Shown in pieces: positions 10,079 through 19,298 of a stretch of DNA of 64,000 nucleotides (its first letter is position 1; every line of letters starts with the position of its first letter). Under the pieces are notes generated by a model. It was given only the letters and a program-made list of their open reading frames with translations. It ran no database searches and was not told the DNA's origin. The stretch comes from a candidate division WWE3 bacterium (lineage in GTDB: Bacteria; Patescibacteriota; WWE3; UBA101185; UBA10185): assembly GCA_003599255.1 (NCBI GenBank), contig QZJF01000006.1:1018-65017 (forward strand), written 5' to 3'. The position numbers and the translations under genes are program-made.

Positions 10079-10507
10079 GTCTTTGACCAAAGTATCTAAC
10101 TCTATCCTATCCGCCATAGGACCGGGTTTAGTTGTTATGTAACCCCTATATTCCAGTGCAAATTCCGGTTTTTCATCATGAGTGTCAGGTTTCTTTCCTT
10201 CATGCAAGGGATACAGATGCATATGAAGATGATTGACTCCTGTCCCCTCGATTGCTGCAGCGACGCGTTTTGTTTTCAAACCTGATCTTATTTTTTCTGC
10301 CGCACTTTTGCCGGCTTTCATGAGTTGTAAAACTATTTGATTGTCAACATCAAGATAATTTGATTCATAATGATTTTTTGCTATAACAAGCGCGGCGCCA
10401 GGTGTGTTTGGAAAAAGATCAAGTATGGCAATAAATTCATCGTTTTCCCAGAATTTCGATGACTCGGCTTGTCCTGATACTATTTTGCAAAAAATACAGT
10501 CTTCCAT
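10070..10507 (-). CDS. HIT-family (histidine triad) nucleotide hydrolase
   Basis: 145 aa. It has the HIT motif NHLHMHLYP (HxHxHxx), and the N-terminal CIFCKI is typical of Hint-like proteins. Confidence 0.8.
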   Translation of the reverse strand: MEDCIFCKIVSGQAESSKFWENDEFIAILDLFPNTPGAALVIAKNHYESNYLDVDNQIVLQLMKAGKSAAEKIRSGLKTKRVAAAIEGTGVNHLHMHLYPLHEGKKPDTHDEKPEFALEYRGYITTKPGPMADRIELDTLVKDLK

Positions 10508-10519
10508 AAGTAAATTTTA

Positions 10520-11257
10520 CTACATCTTTCTCCATATTATGTACAAATTGTGGCTACTTTTGTTTCGATCACTTTCAAACTCCTTCACTTTTTTTAATCC
10601 GGCTTTTAATAATTTGTTATCTATAGTTTGCAGTTCCTCGGTGTTGAAATAATGGCAATATCTTTGGTTTTTCCCATCCCTCATCCATCCGAGAAAGTAA
10701 TCGTTTTTCTCCAAGTCATCTATTATTACTTTAGAAATTTTTGGCGAATCATGTTTTTTATGTGCGCTGAATTTCCAGAAGGTTACAATTAGTAAACCAT
10801 TTTCATCCAGTTTGTCCGTCAACTCATTAAACCAGGAAAGCCTATTTTCATAACCCGGGATGTGATGAGATATCCCAAACGCCGTTATAACGTCAAATCT
10901 TCCTTTTATCTTAAATAGTTCTGTATCAATGTTAAAATCTCGGAAAGTAAAAGGAACCTTAGAATTTTTATGCGATATATGGGCTATATCAAGAAGTTTT
11001 AAGTTATTATCAACTCCTAAGTAGCTAAAATTTATGTTATAGTTTGAATTTTCCAGAAAGGTTAGGAATCTGCCGTTACCGCAACCGACGTCCAGTATTT
11101 TTAAGGTCTTTCCTTCCCGAAAATTTTTTGAAATTATTTCAGCCGCGCTCCCCCAACCTTTCCAGGGATACTGTCTGGTGTCACTGAAACTATCTGCAAC
11201 CGATTCGTAAAATTCTTTATTTAGCTTTAAAATAGCTCTAATTGTTTCTGGATTCAT
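10520..11257 (-). CDS. Class I SAM-dependent methyltransferase
   Basis: 245 aa. Motif I is ILDVGCGNGRF, with post-I acidic residues and the motif FDVITAFGISHH. Confidence 0.75.
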   Translation of the reverse strand: MNPETIRAILKLNKEFYESVADSFSDTRQYPWKGWGSAAEIISKNFREGKTLKILDVGCGNGRFLTFLENSNYNINFSYLGVDNNLKLLDIAHISHKNSKVPFTFRDFNIDTELFKIKGRFDVITAFGISHHIPGYENRLSWFNELTDKLDENGLLIVTFWKFSAHKKHDSPKISKVIIDDLEKNDYFLGWMRDGKNQRYCHYFNTEELQTIDNKLLKAGLKKVKEFESDRNKSSHNLYIIWRKM

Positions 11258-13018
11258 ATGAAAAGTAATAATAAGTCACTTTTGTCCATAATATCAGATG
11301 TTGCAGATTATCAACCGCATCAAGGACGGGACGCAAATAAATTTGTGGAAAAAGTATTGTATGCAAATCCGGATCCCTCAGGAAATATACATTCAAAAGG
11401 TGACGTTATAAAAGCATTTAGGACTATGAAGAAGAATGGCGAGATTGGCTTAAGTGACAAACAGGAAAAACAATTCTTTGAAAATATAAGAATGAAGAAT
11501 GTTAGAACTATCTCAGGCGTTACCCCGGTTACCGTACTCACTAAACCTTTTCCCTGTCCCGGTAAATGTATATTTTGCCCAAACGATGTAAGAATGCCCA
11601 AGAGTTATTTATCGAACGAACCTGGTGCGCAAAGGGCAGAATCAAACAAGTTTGATCCGTATTTCCAGACATTTAACAGGCTTGTGGCTCTTAACAATAT
11701 CGGTCACCCTACAGACAAAATAGAAATAATAATACTTGGGGGCACATGGACTTCTTATCCGGAAAGTTATCAGGTATGGTTTGTTAAACGAATTTTTGAA
11801 GCTTTGAACGACTTTGATGCTAAAGAAAACCCGGAAGTCATTAATCCCGAGGATATAGAGATGCCCTATGCCGAAGATTTACTTGCAAAAGCAGGAGGTG
11901 ATTCTATAAACAGAACCTATAATCAAATCGTGACAGAAGCTCTGAATGCGAAAAAACACAAAGGAATAACGGAATCTGCATCATGGGATGAGTTGTTTAA
12001 AGAACACGAAAGAAACGTTAGTGCAAAAACCAGGTGTGTGGGACTGGTAATTGAAACGCGTCCCGATGAGATTAATCAGGAGGAAGTTATTCGTATCCGA
12101 CGCTTGGGAGCAACCAAGATTCAATTAGGAGTACAGTCATTAGATGATGAAGTGCTTAAACAAAACAAGCGTGGTCATGATGTTCTAAAAACAGCAGAAG
12201 CCTTCAAGATTGTCAGAGAAGCAGGATTTAAGATTCATATTCATTGGATGCCTAATCTTCTTGGTTCAACCCCTGAGAAAGACATAGATGATTATAGGCG
12301 GCTTTTTGATGATCCCCGTTTTAGACCGGATGAGATTAAAATTTACCCCTGTTCTCTAATTGAAAGCGCTGAGCTTATGAAATATTACAAAAACGGAAGC
12401 TGGAAACCTTACTCATACGGGGATTTACTCAAAGTACTTACCTTTGCATACAAATATACTCCTTCATACTGTAGGATTACCCGAATGATTAGGGACATAC
12501 CATCCACGGATATAGTAGCGGGAAATTTAAAAACCAACTTCAGGCAACTTGTTGAAAATAATCTGGATCGCGAAAAGCACGAAGTGAACGAAATTCGCTC
12601 CAGAGAAATAAAGAATCAAAATGTGGATTACTCAAATTTGAAGCTAAATACGATTTCTTATGATTCTGCAATCTCAGAAGAATTCTTCATCGAATTTACA
12701 ACACATGAAAATCGTATAGTTGCATTCCTGAGACTGTCTCTGCCTTATAATACCCAAGATCAATTTATTGATGAACTAAAATCATCCGCGATTATCCGTG
12801 AAGTACATGTTTATGGAAGAAGCATGGAATTAGGAAAGAAACACAAGGGCGGTGCACAACATGCGGGGCTTGGAAATAAGCTTATTCACAAAGCCTTCGA
12901 ACTTGCCACGAACGAGGGTTTCAAGAAAATCGCCGTTATTTCCTCGATTGGAACAAAAGAGTACTACAATAAGTACGGATTTAATCAAACCGGGCTTTAT
13001 CAGATTAAAGAAATTTGA
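11258..13018 (+). CDS. elp3: Elp3-family radical SAM / GNAT protein (tRNA U34 carboxymethyl-modification enzyme homolog)
   Basis: 586 aa. It has the rSAM cluster CPGKCIFCPN (Cx3Cx2C), Elp3-specific N-terminal blocks (RTISGVTPVTVLTKP) and a C-terminal GNAT with QHAGLGNKLI. Confidence 0.85.
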   Translation: MKSNNKSLLSIISDVADYQPHQGRDANKFVEKVLYANPDPSGNIHSKGDVIKAFRTMKKNGEIGLSDKQEKQFFENIRMKNVRTISGVTPVTVLTKPFPCPGKCIFCPNDVRMPKSYLSNEPGAQRAESNKFDPYFQTFNRLVALNNIGHPTDKIEIIILGGTWTSYPESYQVWFVKRIFEALNDFDAKENPEVINPEDIEMPYAEDLLAKAGGDSINRTYNQIVTEALNAKKHKGITESASWDELFKEHERNVSAKTRCVGLVIETRPDEINQEEVIRIRRLGATKIQLGVQSLDDEVLKQNKRGHDVLKTAEAFKIVREAGFKIHIHWMPNLLGSTPEKDIDDYRRLFDDPRFRPDEIKIYPCSLIESAELMKYYKNGSWKPYSYGDLLKVLTFAYKYTPSYCRITRMIRDIPSTDIVAGNLKTNFRQLVENNLDREKHEVNEIRSREIKNQNVDYSNLKLNTISYDSAISEEFFIEFTTHENRIVAFLRLSLPYNTQDQFIDELKSSAIIREVHVYGRSMELGKKHKGGAQHAGLGNKLIHKAFELATNEGFKKIAVISSIGTKEYYNKYGFNQTGLYQIKEI

Positions 13019-13021
13019 ATG

Positions 13022-13357
13022 TTATTTAGAGAGCATGCCCAAAAAGGAACCGAATAGGGATACAATAACGCTGAAAAGTAAAGCGTTCAAAAAGGATGTA
13101 ACATCAAAACCGGGAACCAACTCGGCCGCGATGATAACTAGTATTGCATTAATCACCAGAGTAAAAAGCCCGAGAGTTAAAAAGGTTATAGGTAAAGTTA
13201 GGAAAACAAGAATAGGCTTAACAAAAGTATTAAGTGTTCCAAGAACTACGGCTACTATTGCTGCTGTGATAAATGTCTCAACTTCTACGCCCGGTAGTAT
13301 GTACGCAGCCGAAAATACAGCAAGTGTATTCAAAAGTAAATTTAGTAAAAGGCGCAT
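13022..13357 (-). CDS. Small 4-TM membrane protein of the phage holin family IV-like (YvlD-like) group
   Basis: 111 aa and entirely hydrophobic helices. The sequence LNTLAVFSAAYILPGVEV...AAIVAVVLGTLNTFVKPIL matches PF04020-type proteins. Confidence 0.55.
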   Translation of the reverse strand: MRLLLNLLLNTLAVFSAAYILPGVEVETFITAAIVAVVLGTLNTFVKPILVFLTLPITFLTLGLFTLVINAILVIIAAELVPGFDVTSFLNALLFSVIVSLFGSFLGMLSK

Positions 13358-13369
13358 ATTTCTATAAAG

Positions 13370-14047
13370 TTACTGACAATTTAATATCTTTTTGCATTGT
13401 GCAACTGCGTCGGCATCTGCTTGCTCGTCGCACATTGCACAGGCTTCTTTAACCTGGTTCATTTGTAATTCTTCCATTTGTTTAGTCAAATCTACAAAGT
13501 TTATATCGTTGGGTATATCAAGTAGTCTTTGATCCACTTTCCACGGATTACACTTGTAGTTTAATTTTTCCATCACGGCTTTAGCGTCAACCTTTGGCGT
13601 TGTATCGGTTTCGTCGGGAAGGTTTTCTTCAAGCTCGGCTTCATTTTTCGGCATTGTTAGTTTCATTCCTTCTTCTCTATCGGATGACCACATATACATC
13701 ATTTCATCTTTAATAATCGAATGGTTCTCAATCACCGTTCCATCAGTATTAGTTGCTATGATATCTGAGCGTGAGTTTTTGCCGCTGACATAGACCGTTC
13801 CCTCAATTTTGGAACCTTGGTCCTCACTATAAAAAGTACATGTAACGGTTTCGCCTCTTTCCAATAGGTCATAAATGTTGCCCACGAAGGATTCTTCGTC
13901 ACTACCATTGTCCCCCCTTTGAGTTTGTTCAGTAGGAACAGTAGCTCTGGATGTGACACCGGGTTTTTTCTTCATAAAGACTGATGCCAGTATTCCGACC
14001 AGTGCAATAGCAATTAACACAACAACTATGACTTTAGTGTTTTTCAT
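13370..14047 (-). CDS. Membrane-anchored hypothetical protein with a C-terminal Cys cluster
   Basis: 225 aa. It has an N-terminal TM (VIVVVLIAIALVGILASVF). The C-terminus is EACAMCDEQADADAVAQCKKILNCQ. Confidence 0.45.
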   Translation of the reverse strand: MKNTKVIVVVLIAIALVGILASVFMKKKPGVTSRATVPTEQTQRGDNGSDEESFVGNIYDLLERGETVTCTFYSEDQGSKIEGTVYVSGKNSRSDIIATNTDGTVIENHSIIKDEMMYMWSSDREEGMKLTMPKNEAELEENLPDETDTTPKVDAKAVMEKLNYKCNPWKVDQRLLDIPNDINFVDLTKQMEELQMNQVKEACAMCDEQADADAVAQCKKILNCQ

Positions 14048-14118
14048 AGCTATATTCTATAACAAAAGGCTAAAAATTGCGAAAACTTAATTTTTAAAAA
14101 GCTGTAAAATATAAGTAC

Positions 14119-15597
14119 ATGCTGCTTGAGTTGATTACTGCCCCATTTTATATACTTCTCTTTCCTGTTTTTTTTCTTGTAAAGACAATTGTTAACAAAA
14201 ACAAAAGATTTAGAACCAAAGTTTTTCACATAATTTTGGATGTACTTTTTGTATTTCCGTTATGGGGACTTTTTGCTTACTCGGGATTTTATATTGCTGA
14301 AAACTATGTTATCAACAAGAAAGCCATCGTTCAGATTACCGGTACGGGCTCCATGTATCCCACATATCCTAAGGGAAAGGCCGGAACGTTAGAAGAACAA
14401 TCCGGAGAAATTGTAGCAGAACCTTTAATGCTGATTTATCCTAACGGGATAAATGTTTTTGATAAGAGTTTTTTAAAACACGGGTTGGAGCGCGGAGACA
14501 TTGTGTCGTTTATAAATAGTAATACTTCTCAAATTACATCAAAGTATTCCAAAAAAGAAGTGGGATTTGTAAAAAGAATAATTGGACTTCCGGGAGAAAA
14601 AATAGAACTGCGAAACGGTCTCGTTTACATAAACGGCATACCCCTGGTAGAGCCTTACACTGCCCTTCCCCACTCTACCTTTGGGGGACCTTTTCTGCCA
14701 GAGTGTAAACTGGTCGAAATTCCTGAAGGGAAATATTTTGTACTTGGAGATAATCGAAAAGAAAGCAACGATTCGAGATTTGATTTAGGGTTTGTTTCGG
14801 CAGGAGATATCGATTATGTTTTGACAAATGAAATGCAGCAAGGTGTATGGGACAGTAATTGGAGGAACACCGCCAATGATTTAAATGAGTCGTCTAAAAT
14901 TAGACTGGATATCGGGGATTTTGTTGCAAAAGTCAACTCCGGAAGAATAAATTCAGGTAAAAAAGAGTTAAAACATCTAGACAAATTGAATTATTCCGCG
15001 TTATTAAGGGCAAAGAGAATTTTAGCAACGGGTGATTTTACTTTTGATGGTGAGAAAAGCGGATATAGTGTCAAACAAGCTATGGATGAAGCCGGATATT
15101 CAAACATTACTTGGGGTGAGATTCCAATACAAGGTTACTATACTTCTGAAGAACTCATCGAGTATCTTTTCGAATTTCCCGATACAAAAGATTTTGTAAT
15201 GAACCAGGATTTTGAGGACATTGGTCTGAGTGCATTTGAAGGTGACTTAAACGGATGCCCGACTCAATTGATTGTAATACATTTTGGTGGGTATCTGCCC
15301 CCAAATTACAATCCCGAGATAGTTAAATCCTGGGAAGATCTTTTTGAAGCCTTAGAAGATATTCAGCCGGGTTGGAGGGAGATCGAAGAATACGAACCGT
15401 TTTACAATGAACACAAAGATAAGGTGGACAGAATTAACGAAATAATCGATTTCAGACTTGAGAATGTGAGGGGAATTGTGGATTCTATGCGGACAAATAA
15501 GTGGCTTACTGATACCCAAAAAGATTTTATAGAAAATGATCAGGAGCTATCGGATGAGCAAGAAGAAATTGCCGAGTTCCTGAATGACCAACTGTGA
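14119..15597 (+). CDS. lepB: Signal peptidase I with a roughly 250-aa C-terminal extension. The extension is a possible CAP/YkwD-like domain.
   Basis: SPase boxes are present: GTGSMYPTYPKG (catalytic Ser), VKRIIGLPGEKIEL (Lys box) and GDNRKESNDSRFDLGFV. The protein is 492 aa, well beyond normal SPase I length. Confidence 0.8.
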   Translation: MLLELITAPFYILLFPVFFLVKTIVNKNKRFRTKVFHIILDVLFVFPLWGLFAYSGFYIAENYVINKKAIVQITGTGSMYPTYPKGKAGTLEEQSGEIVAEPLMLIYPNGINVFDKSFLKHGLERGDIVSFINSNTSQITSKYSKKEVGFVKRIIGLPGEKIELRNGLVYINGIPLVEPYTALPHSTFGGPFLPECKLVEIPEGKYFVLGDNRKESNDSRFDLGFVSAGDIDYVLTNEMQQGVWDSNWRNTANDLNESSKIRLDIGDFVAKVNSGRINSGKKELKHLDKLNYSALLRAKRILATGDFTFDGEKSGYSVKQAMDEAGYSNITWGEIPIQGYYTSEELIEYLFEFPDTKDFVMNQDFEDIGLSAFEGDLNGCPTQLIVIHFGGYLPPNYNPEIVKSWEDLFEALEDIQPGWREIEEYEPFYNEHKDKVDRINEIIDFRLENVRGIVDSMRTNKWLTDTQKDFIENDQELSDEQEEIAEFLNDQL

Positions 15598-15644
15598 CCC
15601 TGGTATTATTGCATTAGCTTCTCTCTGAAAGTATCATAAACATA

Positions 15645-16835
15645 ATGCCCTTAACTAAAAAAGTTTTTATTCTGATTCTAATCCTCAACCTCTTTACGAT
15701 CCTATCTTTATATGCCGTTTTACAGGTTTTTGTTATGACTAAATTTGAACAAATAGAGCATGAAGAAATTGTCCGTAAGACAAGAAGAGCAGAAAGCGCG
15801 CTTTATGAACGGTATAACCCTATAGTTGTACTCAACAGGGATTGGGCAAAATGGGATGATACTTACAGTTTCATTTCGGGAGTAAATGACACCTTTATTA
15901 GTGCTAATCTTGTTGATGAGACATTGTTAGGATCAGGTTTGGATGCAGTATATTTTTACGATGTTCGTGGAAGCCTGCTCCACACGAAGGAAATTAACCC
16001 GGAAAACAAGGAGTCCGGGGACACTTTTAATATTTTAAAAAGTACATTTACCCCAAACTCTGTTTCAGCCTATAAACAGCAACAATTTGGATTTCTTAGT
16101 TTTAACGACCGGTTAGTCTTTATTTCTATTCATCCGGTACTTCGAAGTGACGGATCGGGACCGGCGAACGGATATATTTTGATGGCAAAGTTTATCAGGA
16201 GGGAAGACACTGCGAAATTAAATGAGATTACGGGACAGGAGCTGCTTTTATCAGGTAGGGACGATTTGTCGCCTATTGACGTTGATAACGATGTAAACAT
16301 AGTCGCTTTGAATTCAGACAGAACGGAATCAAGCATGATTCTTAACGACTTTTTCGGGTCTCCAACTCTACTACTCCGCGTTTTTACAGAAAGAGAAGTT
16401 ACAAAACAAGGTGCCGCGACAATTATGTATGTACTGGCGACATCAGTTTTTGTTTCTATTATCTCCCTTGTCGTATCAATAATTTTTATTAATTTAGTAC
16501 TTTTAAGACCTCTAAAAAAAGTAATAGATGAAGTGAACAATATAAGATCAATAAAAGACTTCTCTTTAAGGATTAATACGTCCGGCAACGCTGAGCTGAA
16601 CGAATTAGTTGACAATGTAAACAGGCTCTTAGATGCGCTACACGTCTCCCAGAATAAACTAAAGAACATTAATGAATCCATTTCCAATCAAGCAAAAGCA
16701 TTGGAAGAAAAAACACAAGAAATGGAAAGAATAAATCAGTATATGGTCGGAAGAGAGATTCGCATGGCTGAGTTAAAACAGCAAATAGCAGACTTGAAAC
16801 TACGTTTGGAAGAGAAAGGTGAAAACGGTGCCTAA
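15645..16835 (+). CDS. Sensor module of a histidine kinase: TM, extracytoplasmic sensor domain, TM, HAMP-like region and coiled coil. It has no kinase core.
   Basis: 396 aa with two hydrophobic segments flanking about 230 aa. It has a HAMP-like segment after the second TM and ends in a coiled coil, with no HisKA/HATPase. Confidence 0.6.
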   Translation: MPLTKKVFILILILNLFTILSLYAVLQVFVMTKFEQIEHEEIVRKTRRAESALYERYNPIVVLNRDWAKWDDTYSFISGVNDTFISANLVDETLLGSGLDAVYFYDVRGSLLHTKEINPENKESGDTFNILKSTFTPNSVSAYKQQQFGFLSFNDRLVFISIHPVLRSDGSGPANGYILMAKFIRREDTAKLNEITGQELLLSGRDDLSPIDVDNDVNIVALNSDRTESSMILNDFFGSPTLLLRVFTEREVTKQGAATIMYVLATSVFVSIISLVVSIIFINLVLLRPLKKVIDEVNNIRSIKDFSLRINTSGNAELNELVDNVNRLLDALHVSQNKLKNINESISNQAKALEEKTQEMERINQYMVGREIRMAELKQQIADLKLRLEEKGENGA

Positions 16836-18468
16836 TGTATTCCTTGATGACAACCTGTTAAAAAACTCAATGTATACGTTTATGGAGAACGTATATCTTC
16901 TTGGAGTGTGTATCAATCCTGAGGGTACGTTAATTTATGTAAATCCTCACTTTTATAAAACAACTGGCTATAACGAAAAAGAAATTATAGGAAAAAGTTG
17001 GTATGAGCAGTTTCTTCCGGTTAATAAGATTGATACGGTCATTCAAACAATGAATGCTATTGTTGAGAATAAGTACAGCATGCGGTCTGAGACATCTATT
17101 GTAAAGAAAGATGGAACCCAGTTGATAGTTGAGTGGCACAATGTTCCAATAGTCGATAATGACAAAGTTGTATACATAGTGAGTCTGGGTATTGATGTTA
17201 CAGCCAGAAACGAAGTAGAACTATTGCTCAAGTTAAACGAAAAGACTATGAGAGAACGGGCCGAGATGTACGAGAAACAAAACAAGGTTCTTGAGGATAC
17301 GAAAAAAGGTATGTTAAACCTTTTGGATGATGCTAAGCAATTGGAAGAGGCGCTTCAACATGAAAAGAAAAGTGTCGAGTTGAAAGTAGATGAGAGAACC
17401 AAAGAATTGAACGAGGAAAAGGCAAGACTAGTTTCATCTATAAACAGCTTCCCGAGTGGATTTGTGGTCACTGATACCGAAGGCAACGTGGTGCTTACTA
17501 ATAACCTTCTAAATGAAATTTTTAAAGTTAGACATACCCAATGGACTTTGTCAGAGATTGCAGGATATCTTGAAGGGGCTACGGATTTTACAGCTCACTA
17601 CAGAAAATGCACCGAATTAAAAGAGCCTGTTTTAATAAAGGACATTGATATAGGTCGCAGATATATTGAGTTGTACATTGCTCCTATCTTTTTAAGTCCA
17701 TTAAGCGACAACACCATTGGAAATATAATACTTATTACGGACATTACGGAGGAAAAAATTCTTGAGAGGTCAAAAGATGAGTTTTTCTCAATTGCATCTC
17801 ATGAACTTAGAACTCCATTGACTGCTATTCGGGGCAATATCGAGCTCATAAAGAAACATTATTTGTCAAAAGTTTCGGAACAATCATTTACCGAGATGAT
17901 AGACGATATCGGATCTTCCAGTGATAGATTAATTGAGTTAGTTAACGAGTTTTTAAATATGTCCAGGCTCGAACAAGGAAAAATCAAGTTCGAAAAAGAG
18001 TTGTTTGATCTTGATGACTTGATTGATGGTGTCGTTTTTGAAATGCAAAGTTCAGCAAAGGAAAAAGGATTGTTTTTGAAATACGAAAATAAAAATGAAA
18101 AACTGCCCAGAGTTATTGCTGATTCAAATAGAGTTAAAGAGGTTCTGCTCAACCTTGTAAGTAACGCAATAGTTTATAGCGATAAGGGTGGTATTACTGT
18201 TATCTCTGAACTTGCTGACAGTTACATAAAAGTTTCGGTTAATGATACGGGGAGAGGTATCTCCCCACAGAATCAGAATTTGTTGTTTAGAAAGTTTCAG
18301 CAGGCTAATCCAAGTTTATACGCCAGGGACTCTTCCAAGAGCAGTGGACTTGGTCTTTACATTTCAAAGCTGATGGTTGAGGCAATGGGAGGTAAGATAT
18401 ATCTTGAGTGGTCTCAGGAAGGCGCAGGGTCAACTTTTACTTTTACATTGCCGGTATCACGGGGATAA
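16819..18468 (+). CDS. Histidine kinase cytoplasmic portion: two PAS domains, HisKA and HATPase_c
   Basis: It has the H-box FSIASHELRTPLTAIRGNIEL, the N-box LLNLVSNAIVYS, the G1 box NDTGRGI and the G2 box GLGLYISK. It starts on a GTG that overlaps the previous ORF by 17 nt. Confidence 0.8.
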   Translation: MKTVPNVFLDDNLLKNSMYTFMENVYLLGVCINPEGTLIYVNPHFYKTTGYNEKEIIGKSWYEQFLPVNKIDTVIQTMNAIVENKYSMRSETSIVKKDGTQLIVEWHNVPIVDNDKVVYIVSLGIDVTARNEVELLLKLNEKTMRERAEMYEKQNKVLEDTKKGMLNLLDDAKQLEEALQHEKKSVELKVDERTKELNEEKARLVSSINSFPSGFVVTDTEGNVVLTNNLLNEIFKVRHTQWTLSEIAGYLEGATDFTAHYRKCTELKEPVLIKDIDIGRRYIELYIAPIFLSPLSDNTIGNIILITDITEEKILERSKDEFFSIASHELRTPLTAIRGNIELIKKHYLSKVSEQSFTEMIDDIGSSSDRLIELVNEFLNMSRLEQGKIKFEKELFDLDDLIDGVVFEMQSSAKEKGLFLKYENKNEKLPRVIADSNRVKEVLLNLVSNAIVYSDKGGITVISELADSYIKVSVNDTGRGISPQNQNLLFRKFQQANPSLYARDSSKSSGLGLYISKLMVEAMGGKIYLEWSQEGAGSTFTFTLPVSRG

Positions 18469-18514
18469 AATCAAAGAGATTGAAATATAGATGGAATGTG
18501 TTTAGAATAAGGAT

Positions 18515-18883
18515 ATGGATAAAATACTATTAATTGAAGACGAAGTTTTAATATTACGCATGTACGAAAAAATTTTCAGCTATGAGGGTTTTACTGTTAT
18601 AACGAGCGAAAATGGGATAGATGGCATGGAAAAAGCTAAGGCTGAAAAGCCTTCTTTGATCCTTCTTGATATCATGATGCCAAAAATGGATGGTTTGAGG
18701 GTTTTGGAGTCACTAAAGCAAGATCCGGAAACCAGGGACATCCCGGTTGTCATACTTACCAATCTTAGTAGCGATGTGGTTATAAAGGACGCCTTTTCAA
18801 AGGGGGCGGCAGGCTACCTTGTAAAATCAGAGATAATCAACGACAAAATTGTCGAAGAAGTTAAGCAATATATAAAGCAGTAA
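18515..18883 (+). CDS. Single-domain response regulator (receiver only, CheY-like)
   Basis: 122 aa. It has the acidic pocket EDE, the phospho-acceptor in LILLDIMMP and a conserved Lys in GAAGYLVKS. Confidence 0.85.
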   Translation: MDKILLIEDEVLILRMYEKIFSYEGFTVITSENGIDGMEKAKAEKPSLILLDIMMPKMDGLRVLESLKQDPETRDIPVVILTNLSSDVVIKDAFSKGAAGYLVKSEIINDKIVEEVKQYIKQ

Positions 18884-18987
18884 TTTCACTTTCGCTTCTC
18901 CAATATACATTAAACAATATGCTATAATTCAGGCACATTTTGGCATGCGAAAAAGGCATGACTATTTTCTATCGAGAAAGGAGTTTT

Positions 18988-19209
18988 GATATGGCTCAGA
19001 AGTCGAATGGTGATAAGGGTGTGACAAACGCCGAAATGATATCTTACCTTCGGAAGTGGATTCATGGACTCCCATGGTTCTCGAAAGTCATCATCTCGAT
19101 GGCACTTTCGTACCTGGTGTTTTTTGACCCATTACCCGGATCAGTAGACAACATTTTGGTAATCCTCATAGGCCTTATGGCCGCCTACTTTAAGGAGCAA
19201 AAGAAGTAA
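18988..19209 (+). CDS. Small DUF1232/YkvA-like membrane protein
   Basis: LSYLVFFDPLPGSVDNILVILIG matches the DUF1232 (…P.D.IPD..P..G..DD…) core. The start is placed at the internal ATG MAQKSNG, whereas the track start is at 18940. Confidence 0.45.
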   Translation, partial: DMAQKSNGDKGVTNAEMISYLRKWIHGLPWFSKVIISMALSYLVFFDPLPGSVDNILVILIGLMAAYFKEQKK

Positions 19210-19220
19210 TCCTAACTCGA

Positions 19221-19266
19221 AAATGCGCCACATCGGCAAAACCCTCGTGGCGCATTTCCCTTTTAA
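19221..19266 (+). terminator. Rho-independent terminator after the DUF1232 gene
   Basis: An 11-bp perfect stem, AAATGCGCCAC / GTGGCGCATTT, with a 15-nt loop, is followed by CCCTTTT. Confidence 0.6.
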
Positions 19267-19298
19267 TAACAATCTAATTCCTATATAATACCGGTGTT

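Noticed and set aside
16130-16687. 185-aa minus-strand ORF inside the sensor kinase gene (and similar antisense ORFs 1178-1546, 17043-17285, 17859-18152, 28911-29197, 32185-32478, 34381-34761)
   Set aside because: These are fully embedded antisense to strongly supported genes with clear domain motifs, and they have low-complexity translations. They are shadow ORFs.
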